Assembly (NCBI GenBank): GCA_012295275.1
Contig: CM022669.1
Span: forward strand, 10,230,001 to 10,294,000
Length of the DNA: 64,000 nt
Source of the DNA: Chrysomallon squamiferum
Taxonomy: Eukaryota; Animalia; Mollusca
Reading direction: 5' to 3'
Made by a program: the position numbers and the translations under genes. Position 1 is the stretch's first letter; every line of letters starts with the position of its first letter. Of this stretch, positions 22,507-37,160 are shown in pieces. The notes below the pieces were generated by a model that did no database searches, was not told where the DNA came from, and worked only from the letters and a program-made list of their open reading frames with translations.

Positions 22507-23392
22507 CTAAAGTGTTTTATATAATGTACATTTGTTAATTTATAACAGTTGTCAAATCTTGGTCTATGTAGTAATTTGTAAAAGTGTGTGTGTGGGTGGG
22601 TGTCTGTGTGTCTGTGTGTGTGTGTGGGAGTTTTTAACAAAAAAATAAGCACATAAAATAATTAATAAGTAAATGAATAAAATAAACACACAACAGACAA
22701 ATAAATAAATAAATAAGTGTTAAGAATATTTAAAAAGTAACGAAAAAAGGGGAAGAAGAAAAATAAGACATCATGTTTTATTGTATGCAGACAAAATAAA
22801 TATTCATTCTGTTGTCTCAAGAAAAAAGATACAGTATTATCTGTATATTACAAAATATTTTTCTTTTCGGAAGACTGATTTAATAATAACTAATATAAAA
22901 TCAAACTGCTAGGGATACAAACACTTTACAGCAATTGAAATGATAATAACAACAAATGCAAATGCATTTACACAAACATTTATGTATATGTATATAAAAA
23001 AAAAAGATATAGAAAAAGACGGATATGCACACACATTAAAACTAAAATTATGGGTTAATGAACCAGAATTCAAAATAAAACAGGGTAAAATTACATATGA
23101 ATTTATGTGTACCTATACATGGATTCAGTCTGAATAGTCTATTTATATAAGCATTAACGCTGGAGACTATTCAAGGGAAATAACTCTACCATTCTTAATA
23201 CGTTATAAATGCTGCTAATAAATTAGTAAATTAATTGCGAATCCGTTATACTTAGTTAATGTTTTATTAATGATTCTTAATGCAGACATTTCGTCATCAT
23301 CATCGTCATCATCACAATCATTATTATTATTATTATTATTATTATTAACACCATCATCATCATCATCATAATCATTTATTTATTTATTTACC

Positions 23393-23427
<35 letters not shown>

Positions 23428-24389
23428 TAATTTATCTGCCTATGTGAAAATGAAGTCTGTCAAAAGTATACAAAAAATACCAACATACAGTCTTCGGGCA
23501 ATGTCAGGAACGGGAAAGAGGCTTGCTTGTACGTCATGACAGATTTGATTTTGCAACCAGTCACTCCTGATTTAATTGCTACTTTATTCAGAAATGTGTG
23601 ACTGTCGAAGCATTTATTATTCTTTCAGAACTCGGATATGTTACCGATCTAAATAAAAAAAAAAACATTAGTGATGAAGTAAAAATTCATTAATAAATTA
23701 TTAACTTTTTACTGTCCCGTGTAATCTGCCTGTTGATAATTAATGAACGTTGATGCAGAGATATATTGATACACTACTCGTGCATGCCCAGCTAGTTTGT
23801 CGTGTAGATTGTATCGCCATTAACATCGCACACCGGTCCATTTTACCAAAGCTTTGCATCACCCGTTTTTAGATACGTCAACGAACAAACAATACTCACA
23901 TCTCCGATTGTTATCACTTGCGCCATAATGGGAAAAAAAAAAAAAAAAAAAAAAGATCTGAAATTGAGGCAGAAATGAACATGAAATAAATGCCCTGATA
24001 TTACGTTGTTAAGTTAACGTCGCAACCATTATGACGTCATAATTAAATGCTTTCTAAAAACCAACACCATTTAAACAACAGTTAATTTTGTTCGTGCGGG
24101 CCTGCACGTAAATCTGCTATCAGAGTTGAAAACCGTGTCTGTTTGGTGTACACGTTTCTAGATAATGCCAATCTGTGCCTGTTCTTTTATCTCTCTCCTT
24201 CCATCGGCATCTAGGTCTCATTAAATTTGGTATTACCTCCTTTTTTGTAGTAGTCTTCGCAGATATCAACAAATGACTGCGCAAACGGCTGTCTTTTGAG
24301 AAAGTATATTTTGAAACTTTTTTTTTTTTTTTTTTTTTGCGTTCGTTCTTCTTTCTTCTTTTCACTCTTCTTCTTTTTCTTCTTTATTT

Positions 24390-24631
24390 CATGGCCATTG
24401 AGGCAAATGAGGCAGATGCCTCATACTGAGATTTTTATACAAATATTTTATTTTAAAAATATTAAATATTGATCTGTATTCCGATAGAAACGATATCCAC
24501 TGAATGAATTCGTTTATGTCAACGTTACCGTTTGAAGCCCCCCAGATCCCTCGCCCAAATTGAATTGCCCCTCTCCACACGGCGATTATGTGTTTTTGCC
24601 TCATTTGAAAAAGAGTCTAGTTACGGCCATG
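24390..24631. mobile_element. Possible degenerate non-autonomous DNA transposon (hAT-like ends)
   Basis: Ends CATGGCC ... GGCCATG, with subterminal TGAGGCA/TGCCTCA motifs at both ends and a 3' end CTAGTTACGGCCATG. No clean 8-bp target-site duplication. Confidence 0.4.
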
Positions 24632-24932
24632 TATTCTTCTGTTTTTTTTTTCTGTTCCTGTGTAATTAGGATACTTGAATTAGGCTTGAATCGCGAAGGT
24701 CATAAAATTGTAGCGTAAAGTTAAAAAAAAAAAATAATGATAAAATAATGTAAACATAAATTAGAAATCAGGGTAATCATCACTGTGGATGTGATTTTCA
24801 ACATGAAATCAGTTTCATTATGTAGAACAAAACATCTGACGACCACAAATATGGAAAAAGAGCATGTATATCTGCACATATCTTCATTCACTAAATAAAA
24901 TAATAATATCTGTGGTGAAAACAAAAGGATTA

Positions 24933-24985
<53 letters not shown>

Positions 24986-25056
24986 CAGTGGTAGTAGTTG
25001 CAGCAATAATCATGATTATGATCTCGTTCAATAAACAGAGATAAGAAAACAAAAAA

Positions 25057-25100
<44 letters not shown>

Positions 25101-25699
25101 TAAACATTCACACACACAAACACACACACACACACACATATATATATCACAGTTATAAAAGTTACTAACACAACAGAGGATGTATTTTTCTTTTCTTTTT
25201 CATTTTTTCCTTTATCTTTTTTTTTCTTTCTTGCTTTCTAAATCTAGCTATCTGCCTCTGTTCTGACAATCTGAACTTTATGAAAAAATACAGTTAAGAC
25301 TTCATAATAATGTAATATTACGCTCTGACGATCTCTGTTAAGATACACCGGGTATGTTGCGTCAAACAGTCGTCTGAAAGTTTGATACATCCGTTTTCAA
25401 ATGGTCGTAAAATCCGATGATCCGTATTATGACGTCAAAACAGGTACTTTTCATTTTGTATTAATTTTTTTCTCTCTCTCTTCTGTTGCGACTGCCAAAA
25501 ATACAATATTTTTATTATCGTCAGTAGCTGTTGCTACAAATAGCTAGATCGATAGATCGATCATTTATATGCTGATTACAGACAATAGCCAACATCGCAA
25601 ATCACTCGTCGAGTATCGATCAGGCAAGAGTGAGATGTAGTTTTTGCCGTGTTCTTTTCATAGTTGTGTGAAAATCCATACCATAATAGTAGTGTGAAC

Positions 25700-25754
<55 letters not shown>

Positions 25755-26521
25755 CAACAATAATAATTATAATTATACACAGTCATTTATGCATACATAT
25801 ATGTGTGTATACCTGTGTTTTTATGTATCTGCATTTGTTAATGTGCATGTCAGTATATATATATCTGTATGTGTATGCTTGTGTGTATATGTGTGTGTAT
25901 ATATATATATGTGTGTGAACGTAGGTATATGTGTATATGTGAATGTGTATGTGCCTGTTTGTTAATGGGCTTGTCCATGACATGTTAATACGTGTGTGCT
26001 TATAATATTACGTGTACATTTGTGTTTTTATGAGATGTCTGTGTCAATAGACATCTCTATGAATATGCATTGGAAAGATAATGATAATGAGAGAGAGAGA
26101 GAGAGAGAGAGAGATTGACTGAGTATGTGTGTGCATATATGCATATATGTATGTTTGTACGTGAGTATATGTATATTTGCATGCATGTCTATCTGCACGT
26201 TTATTTCCTAGGAGAAATAGAAATAACCTATAACAGATATATCTTATTTTATATATTATATTATTTATCGTACCAACCTAGTTTACAAAAATCGTAACCG
26301 ATGACATCCATTCTAACTCAAACTAATTTGTCCCTATCATGAAGGATCTAATTCTTAAGATGAAAGAAGTAAAAAAGCGTTTATCTCTCCAATAGAGAGA
26401 ATAGTTTTGTTGTTACACTGTCAACACGGTATCGGTTTAACAGTTAAAACATGATGATGTACCGCCAGACTCCTCAAATACACGTCACAGAAAAGCATAC
26501 AGATCGTTTTGTTTTTATTAT

Positions 26522-26585
<64 letters not shown>

Positions 26586-27574
26586 TGTTTGTCTTCTTCT
26601 TATTATTATTGTTGTTATCGTTGTTTTTCTTCTGGCGGTTTGCTTGTTTTTTGTTCTTTTTCTTCTTGTTTAAGTTTAATAATTTATTTCGTTGGGTTTC
26701 TTCTTGTTTGTTTTTTTATTTTGTTTTAATCTTTTAATTATTATTATTTTCATTTGCTTGCGTTCTTTTGTTCTGTATTATTAGTAGTAGTAATATTGTT
26801 GCTGTTGTTGTTGTTGTTGTTGTAAATAACAGGGATTCCATTTCTTATTATTATTATTACACATTTTTTTCTTTCTTTCTTTCTTTTATTTATTTATTTA
26901 TTTTTTAATTATTTTTATTATTATTATTTTTTAAAAAACAAGATTCTCACACCACTGTATGAAAAACAAAAATCCCTTTTTCATTTTCACCGATTTCTCT
27001 GACACCCTGGTCCCTGGAGCGCGCGTTCAATCGATAGCAGTGCGCAACTTCCCGTATCCCTGTGTGTTCGATTTACCTAGCGTAATTCACACTGCGCTAG
27101 CTTCCACCGGACACTGACACGGGTTAAGTGCATCGTTCACACTTATCTACTGATAATACAGCCTCTCGTTTGCACACTTCAAAATTCGGTCTGTTTAGAC
27201 AATAATCGAAACGTAGCATTCCCGAATAGAAACAGTATTTATGAAATAATAATAATGAAAACGATGATGATGATAATGATGATGATGATAATGATGATGA
27301 TGATAATGATGATAATGATGATGATGATTAATTATTATTATTATTATTATTATTATTGTTATTATTATTATTACTGTTACTGTTGTTGTTGTTGTTGTTG
27401 TTTTGTTGTTATTATCATCATCATCATCATCATAAGCATTATTATTAGTACTATAATCATCATTTTTATTTCTAATATCACTAAAGATATCACTAATGTT
27501 TTATATATATATATAGAAATATTATGTATACGTCTGTCTGTATGTATGTATGTATACGTATGTATATATATATA

Positions 27575-27639
<65 letters not shown>

Positions 27640-27751
27640 TTATTTATATTTATTTATTTATTTTCCAGATTATTTAAATTAAGTGCGATCATTTCATATT
27701 TCAAAATACATTTTCTCTGTTTTACTAAACCATCATTCTGCCTTCTTTATA

Positions 27752-27839
<88 letters not shown>

Positions 27840-28361
27840 TGTGAGTCTGTCTGTCGTTCTGTTATCTATCTTTTTCTTTCACTCTTTGTTTCTTTATCTC
27901 CCTTTCTCCCTGTTTCTCTCATTCTTTCTTCTCTCTATCTCTCTTCATGTCTCTTTCTATTTTTCTCTCTTTCTCCGACTGATTTTCTCCATACACAATT
28001 TCATTTTTCTTTCATTTATATCGTTGAAAATATACTGTAAATTTAAACAACGCAGCAATATATGCTATTTCTGTAATTATTAGGACAATAAATATTGTAA
28101 AATAAAACAGAGAAAAATGCAAAGAATTTATGTTTTTAATTGTTGTTTTGTGTATACAAAATAGCTTATTAAATATTCATCTCGTATTTGAAAGTCATGT
28201 GTTTTTTTCATTCGTGTCTGCAATTCTTAGAAATTAGTAAAAGTGTGATTTTGACGATCTTAGAATTCTTGAAACATATTGTTATCATACTTACTCATGG
28301 AGATGGATTTCAGAAGGGTCTCTAAACCTGACTTTTTCCTGCGATTCAAATTACCAGCTAT

Positions 28362-28392
<31 letters not shown>

Positions 28393-29011
28393 TTGTTGTT
28401 ACTATATTATTATTGTTATTGTTGTTGTTGTCGTCATCGTCGTCGATGTTGTTATTATTATTGTTGTTGATGTTGTTGTCGTTGTTCTTACTGTTCTTGA
28501 TGTTGTGTATTTAATTTTTGGAATTTTTGGAATTTTTTTCAGCGTCCATAAAACGTAACATGCTAACAGATTCAAGACACAACATAAGGGAATTTTCGAA
28601 AGAAATGTAGCCAAACAATAATTAGCTGGCCTCAAACGTACTATCTGTAATTCCATATTACTACAAATAAATAACGCAGATCTTAACCCTCTTACAAACG
28701 GCAAAAATCTTTCAAAATTCACTTGTTTCACCTTTAGCTGATAACTTTCACACCCTCTCAGTAAATTTCTGGATCAGTCCCTTTTCATCTTCTCAGTGGG
28801 TACGTTTTTTTTTTTTTTTTTTGCTCTCTGCGTTCGTGGTATAGTAATTTGGTGTCAAGCATAATTAAACTGAAACATAAAACAACGCTATCTGTTACAG
28901 ATTAACATATGGAGCTGTTGAAGGTATTCATATATCTACATTATTGAGGTAAAAGAAAATCTCAACAAAATTAATTATCTGAAATATAACAGAATACATC
29001 ATTTGGATACA

Positions 29012-29075
<64 letters not shown>

Positions 29076-29462
29076 GGGGTTGTTGTTGTTTTTCGTGTGT
29101 GTGTGTTTTATTTTTATTTTTTTCATTACGTATTTCTGTCATCGCTGCAGATTATTTTTGCAATTATTAGCAAAATAATACGAAACGTAAATAAATTAAT
29201 TAAAACGACATTGACATTTCGAAGTGTTGGATTCATGGCTAAAATTTAAATTAAGCCTTTTTTTTTTAATTATAATCTTTCAGCTACGCTGATGTGGAAA
29301 TGTATTCAGGATTTCAGTCTACCCGGCGTTATTAATTAAAACCTGCTTCAAGGTTTTAATTTAAATTAATTTACTATGAAACAAAACACCCATGACGAAC
29401 GAACATGAACACGATGCGGATAACCCTCTGAGGTGTAATGTATTACTACATTTAAGTTTAAA

Positions 29463-29930
29463 CCCCACCCCTTATTGGATTGGCATTGTCGACTGACGTC
29501 AGTATCGGGGATTCCAGGTGGCATTTAAGAGTCTGCATGTCTGATACTGTTTTTCGCGGACAGACGAATGAAAGCATTCATAATATCACTGTAGCATAAA
29601 GACGATTACCGTCGGCCTGTGGAAACGCGAATTATCATCTACGAAGTCCAACTAATCACTTTCCGATCGACAGCTCGTAACTGGGGCACTGATGACGCAA
29701 ATAGGACAGCGCACATAGCTACCTAAGTAGTAACTACTCCGCGAAAGAAAGTAGAGCTTCCGAAATTATCTACAGGTTAGCAGCAATGTAAATTTAGACA
29801 TTGTCGTTGGCTGATCGAACTAGGAATTACACTATTTCTGGCTTGGTGAGATACCTTACGTTATGTTTAGTCTGGTAAGGTTGACCGCGTTTTGCGCATC
29901 GATAGCTTGATATAGCCCCACTATAAATAC
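29463..29930 (+). promoter_or_regulatory. Promoter-like CpG-retaining block of a probable third gene
   Basis: CCCCACCC box (29463), ATTGGATTGG (two reverse CCAAT boxes), perfect CRE TGACGTCA (29494-29501), TGACGCAA (about 29693), ATCGATA (29898) and TATAAATA (29922-29929), in a microsatellite-free CpG-rich stretch. Confidence 0.55.
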
Positions 29931-29949
29931 TGAGGCTATGTATTTTCCT

Positions 29950-30514
29950 TATCCTAAAATAGCATGGGTTGCAGATTTCCACCTTGTATCATCTCACTGG
30001 TTAGTAAAAATAGAAACCTTAAGAGTTATTTTCGTTCAATTCATGGATTTATAGCGGTGAGATGTATTTGGTGTAATGTTTGCTCAATTGTATTCTTAAT
30101 TTAGAAAGAAAAAATTGTGTCGTAAGAAAATATGAATGGAAATCACCGTTCGGTACTTACTCCGACAACGCCTTCTTAAGAAATTTCTTTAGTTTTATCG
30201 AGGATTTTAGTGCTGTCATTAATATATGTAAATCTACTTCTTCTTCTTCTTCTTTTTTTTTTTTTTTTTTTCTTCTTCTTCTTTTTTACAACTGGGACTG
30301 TAAAGCAGGATATTTATTTCTGCTTATTTTTGCCGTGTTTTAATATTTCAGAATGATTTTTGTTGAGGCAATCAAGCTGTGTCTATCGGAGAAGGTTAAC
30401 GATTTCAGTGAGGATAGTATAGCAGTTTGTTGCTTCACTTCCTAAACTCGTCTTGAATCCATGTGAAGGAATACATATATAACTGATAGACACAACCCAG
30501 TCAGTACGAAAGAC
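29950..30514 (+). other. Putative non-coding (5' UTR) first exon of an unidentified gene
   Basis: Complex sequence downstream of the promoter motifs ends at a strong donor GAC|gtaagt (30514/30515), followed abruptly by intron-like low-complexity T/A tracts. No long ORF; the start is approximate. Confidence 0.45.
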
Positions 30515-31085
30515 GTAAGTACATTTATTTTTATTTGTTTTATTTTTTTTATTTTTTGTTTGTTTGTTTATTTATCTGTTTGTTTGTTTATTTATTTATA
30601 TAATTATTTATTTTTATTTTATTTTATTTATTTATTATATACTTTGTTTATTCATTTTATTTAATCTCGTTATTTATTTATTTAATTATTTGTTTATTTA
30701 TTTAATTATTTAATCTATTTATTTATTTTATTTTTATTTATTTTTGAAATATTTTATGCTACTCTCTTTTATCTAATAATAATAATAAGACATTATTTTT
30801 ATGATACACTTTATGTATGTAAACATATTTATTTGCAGTCTCCGGTGTTATAAATATTCTCTCCTTTTAACAAAACTTTTCACATTTGTTTAATGAATGT
30901 TCTTTCACAATATTTATATACATTATACATTTCATTAGCTGGTATTATAAATTGTTTTGAATACCTTAACATCATCATTATCATCTTTATCATCATCATT
31001 ATCATCATAAGATGGATATTCTTGCCGTCTTTTATTTAACATATTTTATTTATTTATTTATTTATTCATTATTTATTTATTTATT

Positions 31086-31139
<54 letters not shown>

Positions 31140-31419
31140 TACACTTTAATAATGAATTGTAATGAATTATTTGTAATAAAATCATAAACTTGACGGAGAA
31201 CTGACAGATACATTAGCACGTACCAGTGACTGTAAAATACAGCATCACGAATTTCAATTATTAATACATTTTGTTGTATGAACTAAATTTTATCTCAGAA
31301 ATATAAAGGTTTCTGAAGCAACTGTACCTTCTGTTGGGTTCATTGTGACCACTGATATCTAATGAGTAGTTGTAAAATATTTAGTACACGTACAGTAAAG
31401 TCGTGATATGTATTTGGGG

Positions 31420-31700
31420 AAAATCGACCTCAAATTGCTGTTAGGTTAGCCCTTGTCGAATTGCCAGTGGCAATGACGTCAGAGACTGCGCTGTCGTCAT
31501 TAGCAACGCATCGCTTTGGTACAGTATCGCCTTGGTGAGCAGCAAAAAATTGACGTTCGTAGCCATTCGTCCTCATTGACTCGAATTCGCAATTATCGAT
31601 ATTTTCTACCTAAGATCAGACGTGGTACGCTGCCGCGCGAATTGTGTCGTCATAAAACGGCCAGAAATGGCTAGCTCTCTTATTGTGTATTACTCTAAAT
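31420..31700. promoter_or_regulatory. CpG-rich regulatory island
   Basis: Near-palindrome ATTGCCAGTGGCAAT adjoining a perfect CRE (31474-31481), X-box-like GTCATTAGCAAC, TGACGTT, and TATCGATA (31594-31601). Confidence 0.45.
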
Positions 31701-32540
31701 ACACGACACTCTTTATCAAACTTAATCAGCTGATATACTGGCTGAGTGCCAGAAGAAAATAAAATAAAAAATAAAAAATAAAAAAATAAGAGAAGTATGG
31801 TCACATTTTTTTTTTTTTTTTTTTATTTTTTTTTTTTTTTGCTTCGCCTCCGTTACTTGTGGTACGGTGAAACACCGTGGTTTAGCGTTATAAGCTCATT
31901 AGGGTAACGAAGTGGTAAACACCCCATGCAGTGCAGTCCACTGCGCCAGTGACGGGCTTCTTGCTGGCACATTGCTCGTTTATCGCCGATTTATTTTTGT
32001 CATCTGACTTGTTGCTGCGTCCCTAATTTAGCCAGATTCTCCTATTTCCTCAAAACTGTTTTTAAAAGGAAATTTTCCGTGCTAAAATGAGTGGGTGTTT
32101 TTTCTCGCTCTTATATTAAGATAATTATTATGTTATGTTGCAGTAGCAGTTAAACATCGCAAAGACATTTTTTTTGTCACCGTTGTTAGCTTGGGGAAAA
32201 AAAAAAACACATTGAGACCTGGAAATTATATATATATATATATATTTAGACAGTAATATAGTTTTTAAAAATATTTTTAATTCATGTTTGAAATTTAAAA
32301 TAATGTTATTTTATTTTATTTTTTTTTTTTTATTTTTTTTTTTTTTTTTTGGTTTAATATATATACATGTATTTCTATTTCTAGAGTGTTGTAAATAAAA
32401 TGCAATGATCTGTTTTTTACTTGATTAAGTGTTGGCGTTCATGTTTTTTACATCACAGATGTTTTTGTTTATTTTATTTTCATTTTATTTTAATGATGAT
32501 GAAGATATATTATATTTTTATTATTATTATTATTATTATT

Positions 32541-32573
<33 letters not shown>

Positions 32574-33219
32574 ATTTGCATAATTTGCATTATTATTTGC
32601 ATTTCTTATTTATTTTATTTCATCCTTATTATGAAATTAATTTCTACTAAAAACAAAATCCACCATGTTTCAGAAATTCTGCTTCCAGCCCTTCACAACA
32701 GATGTAAAGGTTGACAATTTTATTAGTCTAGTAACAAAATGACAATAATATGTAACAGTATGTATTTAATGGTGTATGAAGCTGTTTATTTGACATTCAA
32801 ATGGAGTTGAGTTTACTTTAGAATGTGCAGGTTTTGGTAATATATGTGCAGGTTTTGTATGTATGTATGTATTCACTTTTCATCAATCCATTTATCTGTC
32901 TGTATCTTTTCTAATTAACTTTTTGTCTCTGTATAATGCTATTTCTCTCTCTCTCTCTTTCTGTTTGTGTGTCTAGGTCTCACTTTTCTCTTGTCTTTTT
33001 TTCCTTATCTTTCTTTCAATGTCTCATTCTCTTTTACTCTTTTGATTTGAATTTTTATTGTGGTGAAGATAAAAAATTATATATGAGTTGGGGAAACATG
33101 TATATTAATGTGGCTTGATAGGTGTGAAAATATCTGATATGTCAAACTCTCTGCTGAATTATGATTTTAAGCTTGTGATGGAACATACTATATAGTGTGT
33201 GAATGTGTGCCTGTGTGCA

Positions 33220-33279
<60 letters not shown>

Positions 33280-33999
33280 CCTAACAGTGCAAAACTCAGT
33301 GACATTAAAAGGAATGCTGTCCTTAACAACTTCACCACTCCAATGTCATTCATTACCTGTCATCTAATTTATAACATGCCTGGTTGATCATGTTTTTCCA
33401 CATTGGTCGTGCTTCACTGAACACCTTTACACTCATCCATTTAACTGAGGTGACAGAGTCTTCCAAGCTGTTAGTTTGTGACATTTTATTACTCTCGTGT
33501 CTAACATTTGCATACTTGTCAGTTCTTTTCGTGTTTTCTCTGTCCTCCTTTTTTATGCCTTCGTTTGACCCACAAACCCATTTGTGTAGAAAAAGTCACC
33601 TGTTAAAAAGAGGATGTCACATAATACCATTCTGTTAATGTAACCATCACAGACCTCTGTCTATAAGAAACATATCTATTTCTGCCAAAGTGATTTGAGC
33701 TCACTGTGTCTCACTGTATGCTGTTGTTTTGATATTTATGTGTGGAAAATATTGCCGTGATGTATTATGTTGTTGTATGTGTATGTTTTTTTCGGGTTTT
33801 ATTTTATAAATTTTATTTTGTTTTATAATTTGTTTTTTTGTTTTTTTTTAATGGGAAATACATGAAGTTATTAAAAATATCTGACAAAATGTACAAAATT
33901 TAAAAAGTAAGTCAGAACCTCTCACAAAATGTATAAAATAATGTTGTTTTAAATTACATTTTGGGTAAAATTCTTCATCTTCTCTTTTTCTTGTTGCTG

Positions 34000-34049
<50 letters not shown>

Positions 34050-35396
34050 CATTATTATTATTATTACTGTTAAACTTTCCTTTACAAATTTTGATTTCTA
34101 ATAATTTTTTTATATTTATTCATTTATTTTATTCTTTTTGTTACTGAAGATTAATCAGAGTAAAAATAAACAACAAAACCTGTGTTTCGTAAAACCTGAC
34201 ACTATCTGTCCAACACTTTTATTCATCAGAGAAAGTAAAAATGAAAATGTACCAGGTGCAAATCAAGAATTTCAAGTGTAAAGAAAACCGAGACTATTTT
34301 CCACAAGTTACTTATTGCTTACTTTCTCTATGTGACACCAGCAGTGATTGGTTAATTATCAATTGACACACAGTCAGTGATTGGCTAATCATGAAGTTGA
34401 CACGAACCAGCTGACTCAGTCAGGTTTTAAGTGTCATTTTTTGTCTAAATTTGTAATGACGAGTGAAAGTCTTTTTTTTTTTTTTTTTTTCTTTTTTTTT
34501 TCAAAATACTGTATCTCACTAATATGACAAATAAGAGCCAGTTTTCTAGAGAGCAGTACAGTTTTAATAGTATCATTTCCTGACTCAAAGAGCTTATTCC
34601 GTTTTTAGCAGATGGTGTAGTCATTGTCATTTTAAAAATAGACACAATTATGGTTCATACTGCACACACAAGTAACAAAGATATCAAACACAGGCATACA
34701 GACAGACAGACAGACAGACTAAATGTTTAGCATATGCAATTTTTTGCTGCCTACCATTTTTGTTTTATTTTATATTTTTCTTTAAGACAGTTTTGGTATG
34801 TACTGCAAGTAACATATGAATAACAAAGACATCAAACATACAGACAACCAAACAGAATCTATAGTATGTACAGATTTAAAATATCTACCATTTTAAATAT
34901 ATATATAAAAGAAACCTCTTTTATTTTCTGTTACATGCATAATCACAGCACCCCATTGTGTACCTGTTCCTGTATAGATACACTTTAGATCAATAAACAG
35001 ACAGATCAAAAAAGAATATTAAAGTTATGTTATAATGGGACTGGAATTAAAAAATAAAAATACAAACTTTAACAGTTAACCTTACGTATGGGAACTTGCA
35101 ATTATTTGTTCTAATAATTTAAATAAAAATACTGATTTACTTTTCAGAATCAGCTACCAATTAAATAAAACAATAATGCTTCATTTATGTAACTTTAGTA
35201 CTTTGAATTCTAAACCATGACATATAAATAACTCATTTTTGAAATAATTACTTGTATCCAATTACAAACATATTTTGAATTAAAAACATTAACATATGCT
35301 TTAATAATAACATATTTTTAATTTAAAATATTAACTAACCATTAATAATAATATTAATATTTCATTTATTCACTTCACATAATGAGCTGTATCGTA

Positions 35397-35430
<34 letters not shown>

Positions 35431-36544
35431 TATTTATTTATGCTGGAAGTATTTTAAATATAATACCTTCTTTATAACTTTGCGATAAGGCTTCTCTGCG
35501 GAGTCGTGTAATCTAACAGGATTATACCCACTTAGTCAAGTCACATGTAATGTGGTCAGTGTTAAGATTTATATACAGCAGTTTGGAGATAGTCGTGCAA
35601 AACTTGGCAAGGTTAACAAAGATGTTTTTGTGAAGAAGGAAATTATAATACAGAATAGTGTCAATACACAAGTCAAGTGCTGTACAAAACATTTATTGTT
35701 TAAGGCATATCCAAATTACACTGTTCTATTTATTTATTTAAAAAATATTTTTTTGTTGGGGCATATTAATTAAAATGCTTTGTATGAACAAGAAAAAGAA
35801 GGAGAAAAAAAAAAGAAAACAGTTTTCATAATCTATGAATTTCTACACAATTTTTGATTTATTATTATTTATGTCAAGGTTTTATAGTGAAAATCTCTGC
35901 TTATCACTGCAGTTGTAAACTTTATTTAATAGTTTCTAACTATGAGTGAAAGGTATGAAAATAAAATACATCAAATGCATTGCCTGAGATATTATTTACT
36001 TCAAAACTGAACACAGCCAAGCCCTGAAATTCAAGTAATAAACTTCAACATTTTAATACTAAAGAATTTGATATCTTAGTCATCAAGTTGTGATTTATCA
36101 GAGGAAATTATAGAGCAAAGAGAACAGAAATTTGTATTATTAGGTAATCTAATATAACTATCTTAAATTCTTATCTTCCGATGGTACCTACATACGACAA
36201 CATTTGATCTGTGTGTTATGGTTAGACGAATTCAAGTTTCTGATTTATATTGTGTTTGTCAAGGATCACACACAAAGCATTATTTGTATTTGTAAGTTAC
36301 AAACACGGGTGCCTTTTGTCAATGTATATGTATGTGTCTTAATATTCAGGGTACTTCAAGTGTAAAATTTAAGATATTTTTGACATGTTATTTCATTGGT
36401 GAATAAAAGTGATTCGATTTTTTTTTTTTTTTTTTTTGTGACTATGATTCAGACATTGGACTTTAGATTATGCAATACAGCTGAATATATTAGTAATACT
36501 TTATATGATGAGTAAAATTTTATATTATGTAGTAAATTTGAGTA

Positions 36545-36720
36545 CATGAGCAACCCCTCTACATTCAGCAGTAAAACTGATAAACTGAATATACGAATAA
36601 CCATTTACATTAAGCAGTAACACTGAATGTATAAATAAGCCTTTACATTGAGCGGTAAAACTGAATATCAATAACACTTTACATAAAGCAGTAAAACTGA
36701 ATGTATGAGTAACATGTTAC
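36545..36720. repeat. Degenerate tandem repeat of about 38 bp
   Basis: Recurrent tttacatt.agcagtaaaactgaat.t motif, four to five copies. Confidence 0.7.
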
Positions 36721-36829
36721 ATTATGTTACTCATACTTTGTATCACAAATGAACACTGTACTACATGACATTGAAGGAAACATGACCAAGTTGTCGAAGC
36801 ACATGTTAGTTTTCTCACAGCTGATCAGT

Positions 36830-37160
36830 ACATACACAGATATCAAACAGGTTTAATAATCGCACTGAATTTCATTCCTACTCACAGATTGCCTGAAATC
36901 ATATTCAGGGTCAAAATTACTCACAGACATTGAATAGACCCCATAATGGGTCACAGCTACTCACAGAGAGTAATAAAACAGATTATGGTCACATCTCTTA
37001 ACATCAAGGTCATGTCCTACTCACAGATGTATAACGTTTTGTTCAGGTCATACTGCTCACACATATCAAGGTCAAGCTACTCACAGAAGTATCACACTGA
37101 GGTCAGTCTGTTCATACTGAGGTTATATGTACTCATATCAGAATCACAGTTACTCCCAGA
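36830..37160. repeat. Degenerate tandem repeat (GGTCA...TACTCACAGA motif)
   Basis: Recurrent ctactcacaga and RGGTCA motifs at 30-60 bp spacing. Confidence 0.65.

Noticed and set aside
31190-31212. TTGACGGAGAACTGACAG resembles miR-184 (TGGACGGAGAACTGATAAGG)
   Set aside because: Mismatch in the seed, divergent 3' end, and no complementary arm nearby to form a pre-miRNA hairpin.
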